Assembly: GCA_004764695.1 (NCBI GenBank)
Contig: SMSO01000008.1
Coordinates: 930,001-994,000 of the forward strand
DNA length: 64,000 bases
Direction: 5' to 3'
Source: Schizochytrium sp. TIO01
Lineage: Eukaryota; Protista; Bigyra: Labyrinthulomycetes
The translations under genes and the position numbers were made by a program. Positions within the stretch are counted from its first letter, which is position 1, and the number at the start of each line of letters is the position of its first letter. The notes below the pieces were generated by a model. It made no database searches, was not told the DNA's origin, and saw nothing but the letters and a program-made list of their open reading frames with translations. Positions 46,339 to 57,879 of the stretch are shown here, piece by piece.

Positions 46339-49300
46339 TCACTGGGTTTGTGTGTCAACGAAAAACTCCCACTGCATTGCTTCTATTTCCGCCGCAGAAA
46401 TTTGAGACACATGCGTTACGACGTCTGCATGCATGGCTACAGGCGAAGTACGATCTGGCACTGGAGGGGGGCTACTAAGATGGGCGGAAGCTCCAGCAGA
46501 ATTGGATCTTTCATCCATTGGAGACATATTTTGATCAGAATGCTTAGACTCTTCTTGAGAGATAAAAGAGGGCGGGCTAGCATCTTTTGGCTTCGGGGAG
46601 ATTATGGGACTTTGCTGAGCGGAGTAGTCATTGTTGTAATTTTCAATTTCGTTTTCTTGAATGTCTTCATTTCCATCGACAGCCACAACATTCTCGTCTT
46701 CAATGACTCCACGATTCTCATTCTCTGAAGCTCTCTTGATATGATCGTAGCTTGACGATGGCTCATCCTGTCGAGTCCCATCTATATTTGTCCCATTACG
46801 TATCTGATCTAACTTTGTGGTCTCTCCAAGTGAGTTGACCGTAGCCAAACGATTCTCTGAAACGGGAGCTTCTTGGTCTTCTCCAGATGCTCTCTCTTCA
46901 TCTTCATCTTCATCTAAGACCGGTCTTTCCAAGCTGTTGGCAACTTGTTCTCGAATAGGCGGGACATCCTCCTTCTCTTCATCCCAGTCATCTCCCTCTG
47001 AGTTACCACTAGTAAAGGACTGAGATGTTCCTAGCTTTGCTTGAGGAGTATCCGTTTGTTCTACTGAAGAACTCAAAGTAGTCTGATACTCACTAGATGT
47101 TTTGTCCCCATTCTCCTCTTTACTGTCTGGTGTGCTCGAGTACTGAATGTCGTTTGTTGCTGCGTAAGGGTTGGAGTCCTTTTCTTGATCAGGGTTGTTC
47201 TTTGTTTCGTCGATTTGATCATTTTGTGTTGCTGGCAAAGAAACTCCGGTAAGTTCTTGTCCGGGTGTAAAATTCTCATGCAATAGATCGTTTCGCTGAA
47301 AGAGTTGGGAGTTACTGCCTTCTGAAACTGGTCGATCTGTGTCTTTCTGCTCTGCATCTCTACTAAATTGAGTTGTTTGCTCAGAAACTTCAACAGAAGA
47401 AGACGTGTGCGAACCGCGGGGAGATGGACGGGGGGGAAGTGGAAGAGGAGAAACATCAGTCTTGTCACCAGGAGAGTGACTGCTCTCTTCTTCGCTATGA
47501 CTGTGGATGTGCAAGTGAGAATCCAAACCTTGGTGAGAATCCTGGGGATAAAATCTCGATGGGTCATGAGATCCTGACTTGGCATTGTTTGGCGCCGGAA
47601 AGCCATAGCCCTGATCGAGGTTGTTATCAAGTGGTGACGGTGAGTAGGTAAGCTGTGCGTGAGCCATCTCTTCATCACTAGCTTGCAATGCAATAAAGGA
47701 CGGTCGAGGGACAGATCGATGGGGCGGGTACGGTGGATTTGGCAATGGATCTAGTTCCTCGTGTGGTGGTAAGTGCTCCAGTCGCTGATAGTTCCTTTGG
47801 ACAGACTCTGGCCGAGAAATGTTTTCAACATCTTCTTCGTCAGTAAAGTTGGCTTTATAGTCATCTTTATAGTCATCCGAATCGTCAGATTCATGTTCAT
47901 GTTCACGCTGTTCACTGTCAGACTCTGATTTTTGAGAGAATGCATCGGAAGTCTCTGACCGTGCGCGCATCTTGCGCATGCTCTCATCAAGCTTTCTCAG
48001 CTGCGCCAAATCATCATCTGTAATGTCAAGGGATAAAGGGTTAGGTATGGGAGGAGGTTCGCTTAAGCTGCCACGATCATTCAAGACGTTGTATGACCCA
48101 TGCAGTTGAACCATTTCATCATCAGTGAGGTGCAGGGCTGAGAATGAAGGACGCTGGATGACTGTGCTTTGGGCTCTATTACGAGCCTTTCGCCTTTCAG
48201 ATACAGGAATAAGAGCTTCTTGCAAGAGTTTATCGTGAGGGTGGGGAAATTCTTCTTCAAAGTCCTCAAGATCCTGCTGCAGAGGTGGCTTATAGAAGGT
48301 CTCAGTGAGACCCTCCGTTAGCATATTAACAGCTTGCAATGCTTTATGAAAGTTTGGTTCAGGTTGATTGCGCCGAGTAATTTCAATTTGGCGTTGTAAG
48401 TGTGCACTTTGCTCTTCTGTGAGGCTATCCATCTCAGGCAAGGCAGGGTCGTATAAAGACATTTGATTACGAAGCTGTAGTCGAATAGATTCCTTTTGGG
48501 TTTGAATTTCAGATAACGTGTGACTCCATCGTGACTTTACAAAAGGCTTATCTGCAATCGGAGCATAGTCCATCGCTTGAGCTTCAATCTTATATTTCGA
48601 GGATAGTTTGGCAACGCGACCATCCATAAGCTCTTCCACTTCGTCCATAGCATCACGGTCGGTTTCAGTGATGGCTTCCTCGCGCAGTGCGTGACGGTAT
48701 TTAAGGACGATTTCGTTAGCTAACTTGTCCGAGATAGGTCGGAGGTCCTTGTCATTACTGGCATCGGTTGCGTGGGCCTTAGCAACATGTTTGGCTACGG
48801 CATCTGTAGGAGACAGAGCACCCGATTGTTCGGTTCGCTGACTTTCTAGAGCTCGAGTCAAACTCACCTTTGCCTGCGCAAATGATACATCTAAAGAATG
48901 GACCTTGAGCACTGAGAAACTTCGAGCAAGTTGGGCTTGGTCCTTGCGACGCACGATGTTTGCTAACGAACGACAAAAACCCATCGCCACTGCCTTGCGG
49001 AAGCGCTGAGTGAGCTCTATAGCGCTTGAGAGATCTGCTGATGCAGGCAGAGGCGGTGGTGTGGGTTCTTCCTCTTTTATTACTTGAACAAGACTTTTAG
49101 GAGCTGCTTGAGTCAGCATTTGATGGGCGGCAGTAGTCGCAGCGGCAGCTTCTGTGGCCTCTTGAACCTTTCGCAAATGTTCGTTTTCAGCATGTTGAAG
49201 CTTTAGCTCACGTTCTAAGAGCTCTAGTTTGTATTGCTGCTGTTCTTGTTGTTTGAGTGTTTCTGAAGACTGCGCCATCTGCATTGTACGAAACACCTCT

Positions 49301-50385
49301 AGTTTAGTCTCGAGTGAAGCAATCCTTTGCTCATAGGTCAGTTGCTGAGCAGTTAGACGCTCTTGATAATGGGCTTCTATGCGCTCCTGGTGAGAAGTGG
49401 AGTCAGCCTTAAGACGATCTAACTGTTCTTGGTGCATTTCCCGCTCGACCTTGCGTGTATGCTCAATTGCTTCTTGCACAGCCTGGTCACGATCTTTTAC
49501 TGCAGTGAGTAGTGATGTGCGCAACTCTTCTAGAAGTTCTGCAGATACCTCTGTGGAACGATTGGGCTCAACATTTTCTGCGTCTTCGAGGGAGGAATGA
49601 AAGGTATGCTTACGCCTAGCACAGTGGCGACGTAAAAATTCGCGCGTGCTGAAGGTCTTCCCACACGTGCTACACACAGAGGCTTCAAGGCTTGAAGCAT
49701 CAAGCCCTGCTCCTGCGCGAGTACCAGCAAGAGCATTCGCGAGAGTCTCTTTCACAGACCCACCCCCGGGCCCATGAACTGTGAGGACATATTCGAACGT
49801 AGCAAGTGCCTTTCTTTTTTGTCGAAGCTCTTTACGTAGACGATCATTTTCATCTGCGAGTATTCTCGAATCCTGCGCAAGCTGATCTGCTTCTGCGGAG
49901 GCATTTCGTGACTTTTGTCGAGCTTGCTCAACTTGAGCAAAGAGAGCGTTTTCGAGATTTAACAGATACTCAATAATAAGTTGTGCTAGGCGAAAGGCTT
50001 TGACGATATTTTGATCTGATAATCCATGAAGATCAACTACTTTGAGATTGCAAAAGGCGATGTTCTCAAGCACTTCTTGCAATGCACCAATGTCAACCTT
50101 TTCCACGATATGCACGAGATCGATTCTTGCAAGGCGGCGCACATTCAGTTTGCCATGTCTCTGTTGAAAGTTGAAGGTGTGAAGCCATTCCTGCGGACCG
50201 TCTTCTTGAGACCTTACAGACAAAGAGTCGTCATCGGAGTCGTTGCTGCTGAGCCCTTCTACATCCCTCCGTTGCCTTTCCCTCCGCATCTTGCTCCTCA
50301 GTTCATACAAGGCTTCTTGGTCTGCATAGTGCTCACCCGGTGCATCCCTCGAGGCCGCCGAGCGTCTCGACTGAGCCCTTTGCAT
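46339..50385 (-). CDS. DZIP1: DZIP1/Iguana-like basal-body protein (Dzip N-terminal domain, C2H2 finger, coiled coil, long acidic disordered tail)
   Basis: FNFQQRHGKLNVRRLARIDLVHIVEKVDIGALQEVLENIAFCNL...KAFRLAQLIIEYLL, then CSTCGKTFSTREFLRRHCARRKH and coiled coils. Confidence 0.82.
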   Translation of the reverse strand: MQRAQSRRSAASRDAPGEHYADQEALYELRSKMRRERQRRDVEGLSSNDSDDDSLSVRSQEDGPQEWLHTFNFQQRHGKLNVRRLARIDLVHIVEKVDIGALQEVLENIAFCNLKVVDLHGLSDQNIVKAFRLAQLIIEYLLNLENALFAQVEQARQKSRNASAEADQLAQDSRILADENDRLRKELRQKRKALATFEYVLTVHGPGGGSVKETLANALAGTRAGAGLDASSLEASVCSTCGKTFSTREFLRRHCARRKHTFHSSLEDAENVEPNRSTEVSAELLEELRTSLLTAVKDRDQAVQEAIEHTRKVEREMHQEQLDRLKADSTSHQERIEAHYQERLTAQQLTYEQRIASLETKLEVFRTMQMAQSSETLKQQEQQQYKLELLERELKLQHAENEHLRKVQEATEAAAATTAAHQMLTQAAPKSLVQVIKEEEPTPPPLPASADLSSAIELTQRFRKAVAMGFCRSLANIVRRKDQAQLARSFSVLKVHSLDVSFAQAKVSLTRALESQRTEQSGALSPTDAVAKHVAKAHATDASNDKDLRPISDKLANEIVLKYRHALREEAITETDRDAMDEVEELMDGRVAKLSSKYKIEAQAMDYAPIADKPFVKSRWSHTLSEIQTQKESIRLQLRNQMSLYDPALPEMDSLTEEQSAHLQRQIEITRRNQPEPNFHKALQAVNMLTEGLTETFYKPPLQQDLEDFEEEFPHPHDKLLQEALIPVSERRKARNRAQSTVIQRPSFSALHLTDDEMVQLHGSYNVLNDRGSLSEPPPIPNPLSLDITDDDLAQLRKLDESMRKMRARSETSDAFSQKSESDSEQREHEHESDDSDDYKDDYKANFTDEEDVENISRPESVQRNYQRLEHLPPHEELDPLPNPPYPPHRSVPRPSFIALQASDEEMAHAQLTYSPSPLDNNLDQGYGFPAPNNAKSGSHDPSRFYPQDSHQGLDSHLHIHSHSEEESSHSPGDKTDVSPLPLPPRPSPRGSHTSSSVEVSEQTTQFSRDAEQKDTDRPVSEGSNSQLFQRNDLLHENFTPGQELTGVSLPATQNDQIDETKNNPDQEKDSNPYAATNDIQYSSTPDSKEENGDKTSSEYQTTLSSSVEQTDTPQAKLGTSQSFTSGNSEGDDWDEEKEDVPPIREQVANSLERPVLDEDEDEERASGEDQEAPVSENRLATVNSLGETTKLDQIRNGTNIDGTRQDEPSSSYDHIKRASENENRGVIEDENVVAVDGNEDIQENEIENYNNDYSAQQSPIISPKPKDASPPSFISQEESKHSDQNMSPMDERSNSAGASAHLSSPPPVPDRTSPVAMHADVVTHVSQISAAEIEAMQWEFFVDTQTQ

Positions 50386-51403
50386 TCTGTTTGCTTTCCT
50401 CTAAGACAGTCCAAGCAAGTCCGTTAAACCTGGCTGACAACGCCAAGGTTCAACTTCCTCGCGGCTGCTGCCTCGCCAGCAGCCACGATACCAAGTTTAC
50501 TTGATATTTTGTGCGTTTTATGAAGTAGGTAGTCTTCTCCACGCCTAGCTTTAGATCTATAGCTGTCTGGCTAGCCCAACAACTGCAATAACTGGGACTC
50601 TTTGCAAAGGCCAAACCACTTATAAAACAGCAAAAACAGCTTGAGTCGTAGGAACTACTTAGCAAACCCTAGCCAGCGCACTTTACAAAAGTAGTGGTCT
50701 AACGTATTGGGTCGTGGGGGTTAGGCCATCAAGGATATCCTTGCGCTCAACGGATACTTCTAACTGGTGCAAGGGTCTTAGCCTCGTCAGCTAAGGAAGA
50801 CTGCATTTCTTAAACTGTAAGTGTCATTTGTGAGTGAAAGGCCTATTCTTATTCTTTGTGTCATTGATGCTTTGGGCATTAGATACAGGGGTATTGTTTT
50901 CTTTAATTTGTTTGAAGATTGTTGGTGAAGCGAGCGTTGATAGATAATCATGGCTGGTTCTATGAAAAGTTTGGCCGGACGGGAATGGCTCAGAATCGCA
51001 TAGTATAGGCAAGTTGCGAAGGGGCGGGGGTTACATTGTAAGACTGATTGAATGAATGGATGTGTGAATATACAATCGGAATGTGTGGCATTGGTATAAG
51101 ATCAGAAATTGAGAGTGGAAGATTTACTCCTAGTGAGGAGGGCCTTTTATGGTAGAGTAATTCCAGGAAAAAGAAAACAAGAAATCAGGTTCGTTTGCAA
51201 AATTGCAACCTCAGGGCTGTGCAAGAAAAGAGGACGCAAGCAAACTCACGCGCAAGGTTGTGTGAACCGGTGTGCCTAAACGGGGCGGGGCCTGCATGGC
51301 CTGAAGACTTGGTTGAAAGAAGGCTGATAAGAGTAATCGTTTGGAGTGAAAAGTCAAGGGTTTCCGCCGTGAAAACGCAATTAGTAGCATTGAAAAACAA
51401 AGT

Positions 51404-51988
51404 ATGACGCCTCGCGTACTGGAACCGCGGTCTTGGACACTGTTGGTGACATTGCTTTTCTTGACCACCTGCTTTGGGTCCCTGCCATCTGCGCGGGCAC
51501 TGCAATGCTATGTTGGAAAGTATGACTGTTTCCCTGAATGTACAGTGTCAGAACTAGACGAATGCTATTTCATCAACTCTGATATTGCATTCAACACATC
51601 CGAGAGCGATTCAGAGGAATTAGAATGGTCTTGTGCTCGTACCTTTGAGGAGTGTGGATCAGCAGACTGCTCAAGTGGGCTGAGTTTGACGACCGAGCAC
51701 GTTGAGGAGTGTGCAGAAGGCGAAATTTATTGCTATGACGAATTTCGTCAACCTCAGAACAATCGATATGGCAAAACAGCTATTTGGGGATTCGAGGCTG
51801 TACATATTCGCGGATGCGCTAGTGAGTGCATAGATCGCAACCAATCGATCACGACGGGCACAGGGGTATCATGCTGCACTACCGACCTATGCAATAGCGC
51901 CCCCGGTAGGTTACGTTTCTCTGCTCTACTCTTTGTCTTATGCAGCTTCTTCGTTACATTCATGGCATCACTGCCGTTTTCCTATTGA
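51404..51988 (+). CDS. Secreted, predicted GPI-anchored Cys-rich protein with a Ly6/uPAR (three-finger)-like pattern
   Basis: Signal peptide, then LQCY...EECAEGEIYC...IRGCASEC...CCTTDLCN, followed by small residues (NSA) and a hydrophobic C-terminal tail. Confidence 0.78.
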   Translation: MTPRVLEPRSWTLLVTLLFLTTCFGSLPSARALQCYVGKYDCFPECTVSELDECYFINSDIAFNTSESDSEELEWSCARTFEECGSADCSSGLSLTTEHVEECAEGEIYCYDEFRQPQNNRYGKTAIWGFEAVHIRGCASECIDRNQSITTGTGVSCCTTDLCNSAPGRLRFSALLFVLCSFFVTFMASLPFSY

Positions 51989-53879
51989 CAACCTTTTAAA
52001 CAAGGATACACCAAAGATAGTTAGGGTGATCAGTATTTTCCGTCCTTCATAAATGCAAGCCTTCAAGGGTTGTTGCCTGTTTGATGCATATACTGCCTAT
52101 GTCTTGAAAAGAGAATGCTGTGTGTTGATTGTATTTTTTCCTAAAGGCATGGTAGTTGCCTTGCTCTATGCATTTACACAACATGCAATCTCATTGCTCG
52201 CTTGCAATCTTGTATGCAAAACCCTGGTTGCAGGAGAAAACCATTTAAAATAGTCTAATTATGTAGAAGTAGCTCATTGAATTCATTTGCTTTCTTGAAA
52301 CGTTTTGCGAAGATAATTCGAAGGACTATACAGTGTCCTTGGGTATACATGATATTTCTCTTGAAAGGTTAATGCTTTGGTGCAAACTTGCTTGAGACTT
52401 TGCTGCAAATGTAATTACTATTATTACGCAACGCTATATCAGAGGGTCTGGATTCGTATAGATGAGATCATTTCCAGAAAAGGCTATACAAGATTCGCTT
52501 GGTATGATGCTCAAGTTTAGAAAGAGTAGATTAAACAGGGGTGCGTGCAAAGGTAGTAAAGTTAAAATTGAAAAAGGTGTTCTTTCATTGTAGGCAAGTC
52601 ATAATTAGTGTAGAAATATTAAGAATGAAATTCATATTAAAGGAAGTACCATGGTATCAATATCTATGGGGGTCTTTTCTCGCTCCCATTCTTAAGGTAG
52701 CAATTCGATGACAAAGCCTCGTGATAGAACTTTCAGGGTTCGTTCTCTTATAAAAACCTAATTTGCTCCCAGGTGGTAAAAAACAAACTAGGTATTTACT
52801 TTTCAATCAGTTTGGTCGTGGCTAATAAGTAGCCTGAAAACCGTGTAATCCAACTCTAAGTGGAGGAAAAATGTGGACTTACATGAAGACCTCGTTTGAT
52901 TCTCCAAGCAACTACTATGCTCGAGAACAGTCGTTGGTTTATAACACGAACATCGCGCGTTAAATTACTGGTGTAAGTCTGCATACTCACATCTGGAAAA
53001 GTGGAAAGGGAAGGAGAGGGAGAAGGGGTGGTTCGCGAAACAACTGCGGCAATAATAACAACAATCGATAAAAACAACAAACAACAACGAGAACGAGAAG
53101 GAGTAAAAAATTGGAGAAAGAACCCCGAACAAAAGTTGTGCGTGATACATGCGTCTTTAAAAAGGCATACAAAGGCTCCTAATCATCGCCGTCGATTGTT
53201 GTGGCGACGGTAGAGAGCAAGGAAGCGAGAGTGATATGTGTGGTGGTGTGTAAAGAAGAAAAGTGAAGACAAGGGGAACAGAAGTCCATGCTGCTCGATG
53301 AGATTTTTCTTCAAAAAAAACAAAGAGAATATTCACGCATGAGCTTATCTGCCAGCCCCCCGTAGATGGCCGCGTGGCCAGCCAGGGCAATCAATCAATG
53401 AATCAATCAACCAGGTGCGATGAGGCTAAAACAACAAAATCAAGCAGCAGCAGCAGCAAAAGAAGAGTGCGACTTGATGAGCTCGCTCATCGGTAGGTTG
53501 AATCAATCAATCGGTCAATCTATCCATCCATCAGCCAATCACAGTTCATTTCAGTTATTTGTTCATTTCGTCATAACCCAAACTACTCCTTTTTTCAGCT
53601 CCAAATTGCGACGGCGACTCCTCTTCCATGCTGCGATGATGCAGCGGCAGGAGGATTTTCGGAGGGCCATTTTTGTTTGAAATTGTTTTTGCTGTCGCTA
53701 TATGATTGAAGGGGCTAAATGAGTTAAGTTAAGCTGCAATGAGTGACGCACAAAGGGCGTGCACAATGTATAAACGCATGCATGAACGAACGAAAAGTCA
53801 AAATGATCTAGGTATCGATCGAGTGAAGGCGGGAGAGAGAGAAAGAGTGGAGTGTAGTGCTATCTAGGGTTTCATCAAA

Positions 53880-56033
53880 TCAGGTGGCAACCTTGCCGGT
53901 GGGTCCTACAGTGGTGGGCTTTTTGGCAGCGATTTTAGTTTCGTCGACGTCGCCGTCGCCATCGCGAGTGACGCTCTTCATGCGGCGCACGGTGGCCGGG
54001 AGGGGTTGACCAGCGATAACAAGCTTAATGTGGTCTGAGGTGAGGCTCTCGTGCTCAATCAGCGCCTTTGCGAGGCGGTGCAGCTCCTTCTTGTGTGAGG
54101 TGAGGAGCTTGCGAGCGCGCTCGTAGGACGCATTGAGGATATTTTTCACCTCTTCGTCCACACGCTGTCGCGTTTCGTCGCTGATGGGTTGGCGTCTGTC
54201 AGAGGGCACGAAGACGACGCCAATTTCACTGCTACCCATACCATACCTCTCAACCATGGCTCTGGCAATTTGCGATGCCTTCTGGATGTCCGATGATGCT
54301 CCACTTGTGACATAGTCTGGTCCAAAGATAAGCTCCTCTGCCGCGCGTCCGCCCATGCACACATCAAGCTCTGCAAGCATCTGGCGTTTAGTACGCTGCA
54401 ACATATCCTGCTCCTCCGGGAGCTGGTGCACCATTCCGAGTGCCTGTCCTCGCGGCATGATGGTTGCCTTGTGGATAGGCATTGCTCCTGGAGTGTGCAG
54501 GGCCATGAGTGCATGGCCACCCTCGTGGTATGCTGTGACCTCTCGGACTTCCTTGGGGATAATTGCGGACCTGCGCTCGGCTCCCATGAGGACCTTATCC
54601 TTTGCGTATTCAAGGTCTTCGGTGGTGACGGTCTCTGCACCGATCTTCGCGGCGTGGAGTGCAGCCACGTTCACGATGTTCGACAGGTCCGCTCCGCTGG
54701 CTCCAGGCGTTCCGCGTGCAATATCAACAGCCTTGACGTTGTCCTCATGCGGGACCTTGTTGAGATAAAGTTTGAGGATTTCCGTACGGTCGTGAAGATC
54801 TGGGAGCGGGACAACAATGTTGCGGTCAAAGCGACCAGGTCGCACAAGTGCTGGGTCAAGGACGTCGGGGAAGTTGGTTGCGCCAATAATGATGACACCT
54901 TCAGTGTCACGGAAGCCGTCAAGCTCCACGAGGAGCTGGTTGAGTGTCATCTTGAGAGCCTGCTGCTCCTTAAGTGCACGAGTAGACCCAATAGCATCGA
55001 TCTCATCAATGAAGACGATGCAAGGGCGAGCCTTTTTGGCGGCGTCGAAGAGATCTCTGACGCGTCTTGCTCCAACGCCGACGTACATTTCCTCGAAATC
55101 TGATCCTGCTGCATGAAAGAAGGGCACTCCGGCCTCTCCAGCAATGCACTTGGCAAGCAGGGTTTTACCTGTTCCGGGGGGTCCGGTGAGGAGCACACCT
55201 TTGGGCAGCTTTCCTCCGAGTCTTGTGAACTTAGTGGGGTCTTTAAGGTATTCGACGATCTCTTGAAGCTCCTCCTTAGCCTCATTGGCGCCGCAAACGT
55301 CCTCGAATGTTTTTCCGGTAGTACCTACAAAGGCCTTGACCTCAGAGGAGAGGCCCCTGGGCATCATGCCTTTTCCCTCCATGAACATCTCGAGTCCGAA
55401 GTAGATCATTCCGGCTAGAGCAAGGAGTCTCGCGGCTCTCCAGAACTGAGACTTGGCATTTCCCTCCACGATTTGCACTTGAAGAGGCAGGGGCTCTGAT
55501 CCGGGTGCTCCGTTTTGGCCCCCAAGAAATCCGGCAGCGCCCTGTCCTGCGTGTCCAGCTGCATATCCTGCGGTTCCCGCGGCGCCCGCACTTCCTCCGT
55601 ACTGCAGTACTCCTGGTTGCGTCGCGCCGGCGCCCCAGCCAGCTCCAAGTGCGGGCATTGCAGGCCCCATATTAAAGGCGCCAGGTCCGTGCGAGTAAGA
55701 CGCTGCAGTGCCGTGGGCATTGCGCAGCAGGTCGTCCATCGAGGTCCTGTCGAGGCGGCCCGTGGCGACGAGGGCCTTGAGGTACTCCTTAAAGACGCCC
55801 TCGTTGGCGGCGAACCTGCCGGACTCGTACCTCTGCAGCACGATTTCTGGCGAGATCTTGCCCACTTCCCTCAGAAACCGCTCCTGTACAGCGCCGTCTG
55901 CGACCCTCATGTTCGCCTCATCCTCGAGACGCTCTAGCCGCCCGCGGCTTCGCGAGGAGATCCCACGCCGCCACGCAGGTGCCGCGCCACACCGGTGTCT
56001 CCACGCGGGCACCAGCCTGCTGCTGGCCAGCAT
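53880..56033 (-). CDS. YME1: Mitochondrial i-AAA ATP-dependent zinc metalloprotease (YME1/FtsH4-like)
   Basis: Arg-rich presequence from ATG 56033, single TM helix, Walker A GPPGTGKT, Walker [22 protein letters not shown], zinc motif HEGGH, GGRAAEE, TSGASSD. Confidence 0.92.
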   Translation of the reverse strand: MLASSRLVPAWRHRCGAAPAWRRGISSRSRGRLERLEDEANMRVADGAVQERFLREVGKISPEIVLQRYESGRFAANEGVFKEYLKALVATGRLDRTSMDDLLRNAHGTAASYSHGPGAFNMGPAMPALGAGWGAGATQPGVLQYGGSAGAAGTAGYAAGHAGQGAAGFLGGQNGAPGSEPLPLQVQIVEGNAKSQFWRAARLLALAGMIYFGLEMFMEGKGMMPRGLSSEVKAFVGTTGKTFEDVCGANEAKEELQEIVEYLKDPTKFTRLGGKLPKGVLLTGPPGTGKTLLAKCIAGEAGVPFFHAAGSDFEEMYVGVGARRVRDLFDAAKKARPCIVFIDEIDAIGSTRALKEQQALKMTLNQLLVELDGFRDTEGVIIIGATNFPDVLDPALVRPGRFDRNIVVPLPDLHDRTEILKLYLNKVPHEDNVKAVDIARGTPGASGADLSNIVNVAALHAAKIGAETVTTEDLEYAKDKVLMGAERRSAIIPKEVREVTAYHEGGHALMALHTPGAMPIHKATIMPRGQALGMVHQLPEEQDMLQRTKRQMLAELDVCMGGRAAEELIFGPDYVTSGASSDIQKASQIARAMVERYGMGSSEIGVVFVPSDRRQPISDETRQRVDEEVKNILNASYERARKLLTSHKKELHRLAKALIEHESLTSDHIKLVIAGQPLPATVRRMKSVTRDGDGDVDETKIAAKKPTTVGPTGKVAT

Positions 56034-56306
56034 TTGTGCGCTGATTCGCTTGTCTGCGCGCTCGAGTAAGTCTTGCGCTGCGACGAGAGCTCTCTCGCAA
56101 CTTGGTTTGCTTGCGCCAGATAGATGAGAGAAATCAATCAATCAATCAGCAGTCGCCGCGATCGAGAGCCGGCCAATCGGAGTGTACCCGCTGTCCCAGC
56201 CGCAGCCACGCGTGCTGCCGCAGCTCTTTCTTTCCTGTCTGCCTGCCTTCCCACCGGGAGAGACCTCTTCGTCGCCGCCGCCACTCTGCTTCCTGCGTGC
56301 GGAGCG

Positions 56307-56525
56307 CGAGAGAGAGAGAGAAGGTTTGCCGCTTCTTCTTCTTCTTCTTCTTCTTCTTCTTCTTCTTCTTCTCCTTCTTCTTCTGTATAATATGTACGAA
56401 TATATATATATATATATATGTGTATATATATGTGTATATATATGTATATATGTATGTATGTATGTACGTATATATACGTATATGTATGTATGTATGTGTA
56501 TGTGTATGTAGATATGTAGATATAG
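56307..56525. repeat. Compound microsatellite (GA)n-(CTT)n-(TA/TGTA)n
   Basis: Read directly; the source of the poly-F/S/L/K spurious ORFs. Confidence 0.95.
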
Positions 56526-57847
56526 ACAGCAATTAGCGACGACTACGGAGTATGAAGGATATTTGGAGTGAATAGGACTCTGTTTGGAATATGTCGTCTG
56601 TCAGAGAAGGACCTTTTCCCGACTCAATTAATTAACAGTGCGGAGCATAAACTAAGGCTCGAGAGGAAGGGGCCAGCTACGGTAAACCTTAGGAGGCCTT
56701 AGTACGAAGGTGTTCCGAGGCACTCTCTCTCTCTTTTCTCTCTTTCTCTCTTTTCTCTCTTTCTTTCTCTAAGAAAGTCTCTAAGAAAGTCTGTTTTTCC
56801 TTTCCTTTTCCTGACCAGTACTTATTGAGTTTGTTTCGACGTTCGTCACCATCGCGCGAGCATCATCAACTTCTCGCGTATGGTGCTTGCTGTCTTTCGG
56901 CGGCCTGCGGAGAGAAAGGGCTCGTGGGATGACTCGTCTCTGAGCTCATCATCATCATCGACGATTCCATTCCATCTTAAGGCGCGACGACTTTGAGAAT
57001 CCTTCCTTTCCCTCAAAGCCGCTTTCTTTTGATTGTACAGAAGAAAGAAACGGTGTTTCAACTATTTATTTATTTATTCATTCATTTATTCATTTATTTA
57101 TTTATTTATTTATTTATATTTATTCTGCACTGTTGGTTTTATTCTTAGTTGACAGAAAAGCTTTCTTTCGCCTCATTTTCTCAGTTCCCTAGCACTGGCT
57201 ACGGCGCGTGTAGCCCTCTTGATATTCCCACCGTGTTCCCTCCCCCTACCAGAACCTCTAATGACGGCCTATGCCTCTTCTTTTATTTCACCAGAAATAA
57301 AATAAAAGAAATAGATAAAAACTAAACAAATATTAAGTTAAACAAAGAATGAAACTACGATGCTCAGCCCTCATAAGAAAGAACGATTGAGAGATGATGG
57401 TAAACTCCGAGTCATCTCGACATCGTTTATAGAATTGCACAGAACAGCAAATGATAGGTAGGTACCTACTTCTTTCAACGCTGGTTTCGAGCTAGCTAGA
57501 TGCGGAGCTGCCTGCTCCAGCCCTCGTCTTTCTAGCCAGCCAGCCAGCTTGCTCGATTCTGCTGCTCGATTCTGCTGCTGCTGCTGGCTATTTCCCTCTG
57601 CACGCATGTGCTTCTGCCTCCACGGGCTTTCAACTTAGTTGCAGAAAAGCGGGACCTGGTGAGTGCTTTCTTTACGAGCGCTTTATGAGCGCTTTATGAG
57701 CGCTTTATGGGTGTTTTGTGCGTGTTTTATGGCGTTTCATGTTGTTTTGTGAGTGTTTTCGAGAGTCGAAGGCTTCTCGAGTTTCTTATTCCTTTTCTTT
57801 CTCTTTTAGAGCTGAAGCACCTACAGCCAACCTGTTTGCCGAGCCTG

Positions 57848-57879
57848 CGCAAGTGGGTTATAGGCGCTATAACCCACTT
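57848..57879. promoter_or_regulatory. Perfect inverted repeat (13-bp arms, 3-nt loop) built from the motif also present at 34482-34518
   Basis: AAGTGGGTTATAG-GCG-CTATAACCCACTT. Function is inferred. Confidence 0.4.

Noticed and set aside
6664-56033. Apparent clustering of mitochondrial-protein genes (LACTB2, TIM10, TMEM143-like, mS26-like, YME1) as an operon-like system
   Set aside because: They are interspersed with unrelated genes on both strands and several localisations are only predicted. I cannot distinguish this from chance without genome-wide statistics.
56102-56536. ORFs with poly-F/S/L/K and YI/YT repeats
   Set aside because: Translation artefacts of the compound microsatellite.
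57676-57708. (GAGCGCTTTAT)x3 and other short repeats considered as a CRISPR-like array
   Set aside because: Contiguous tandem repeats without spacers, eukaryotic context and no cas genes.
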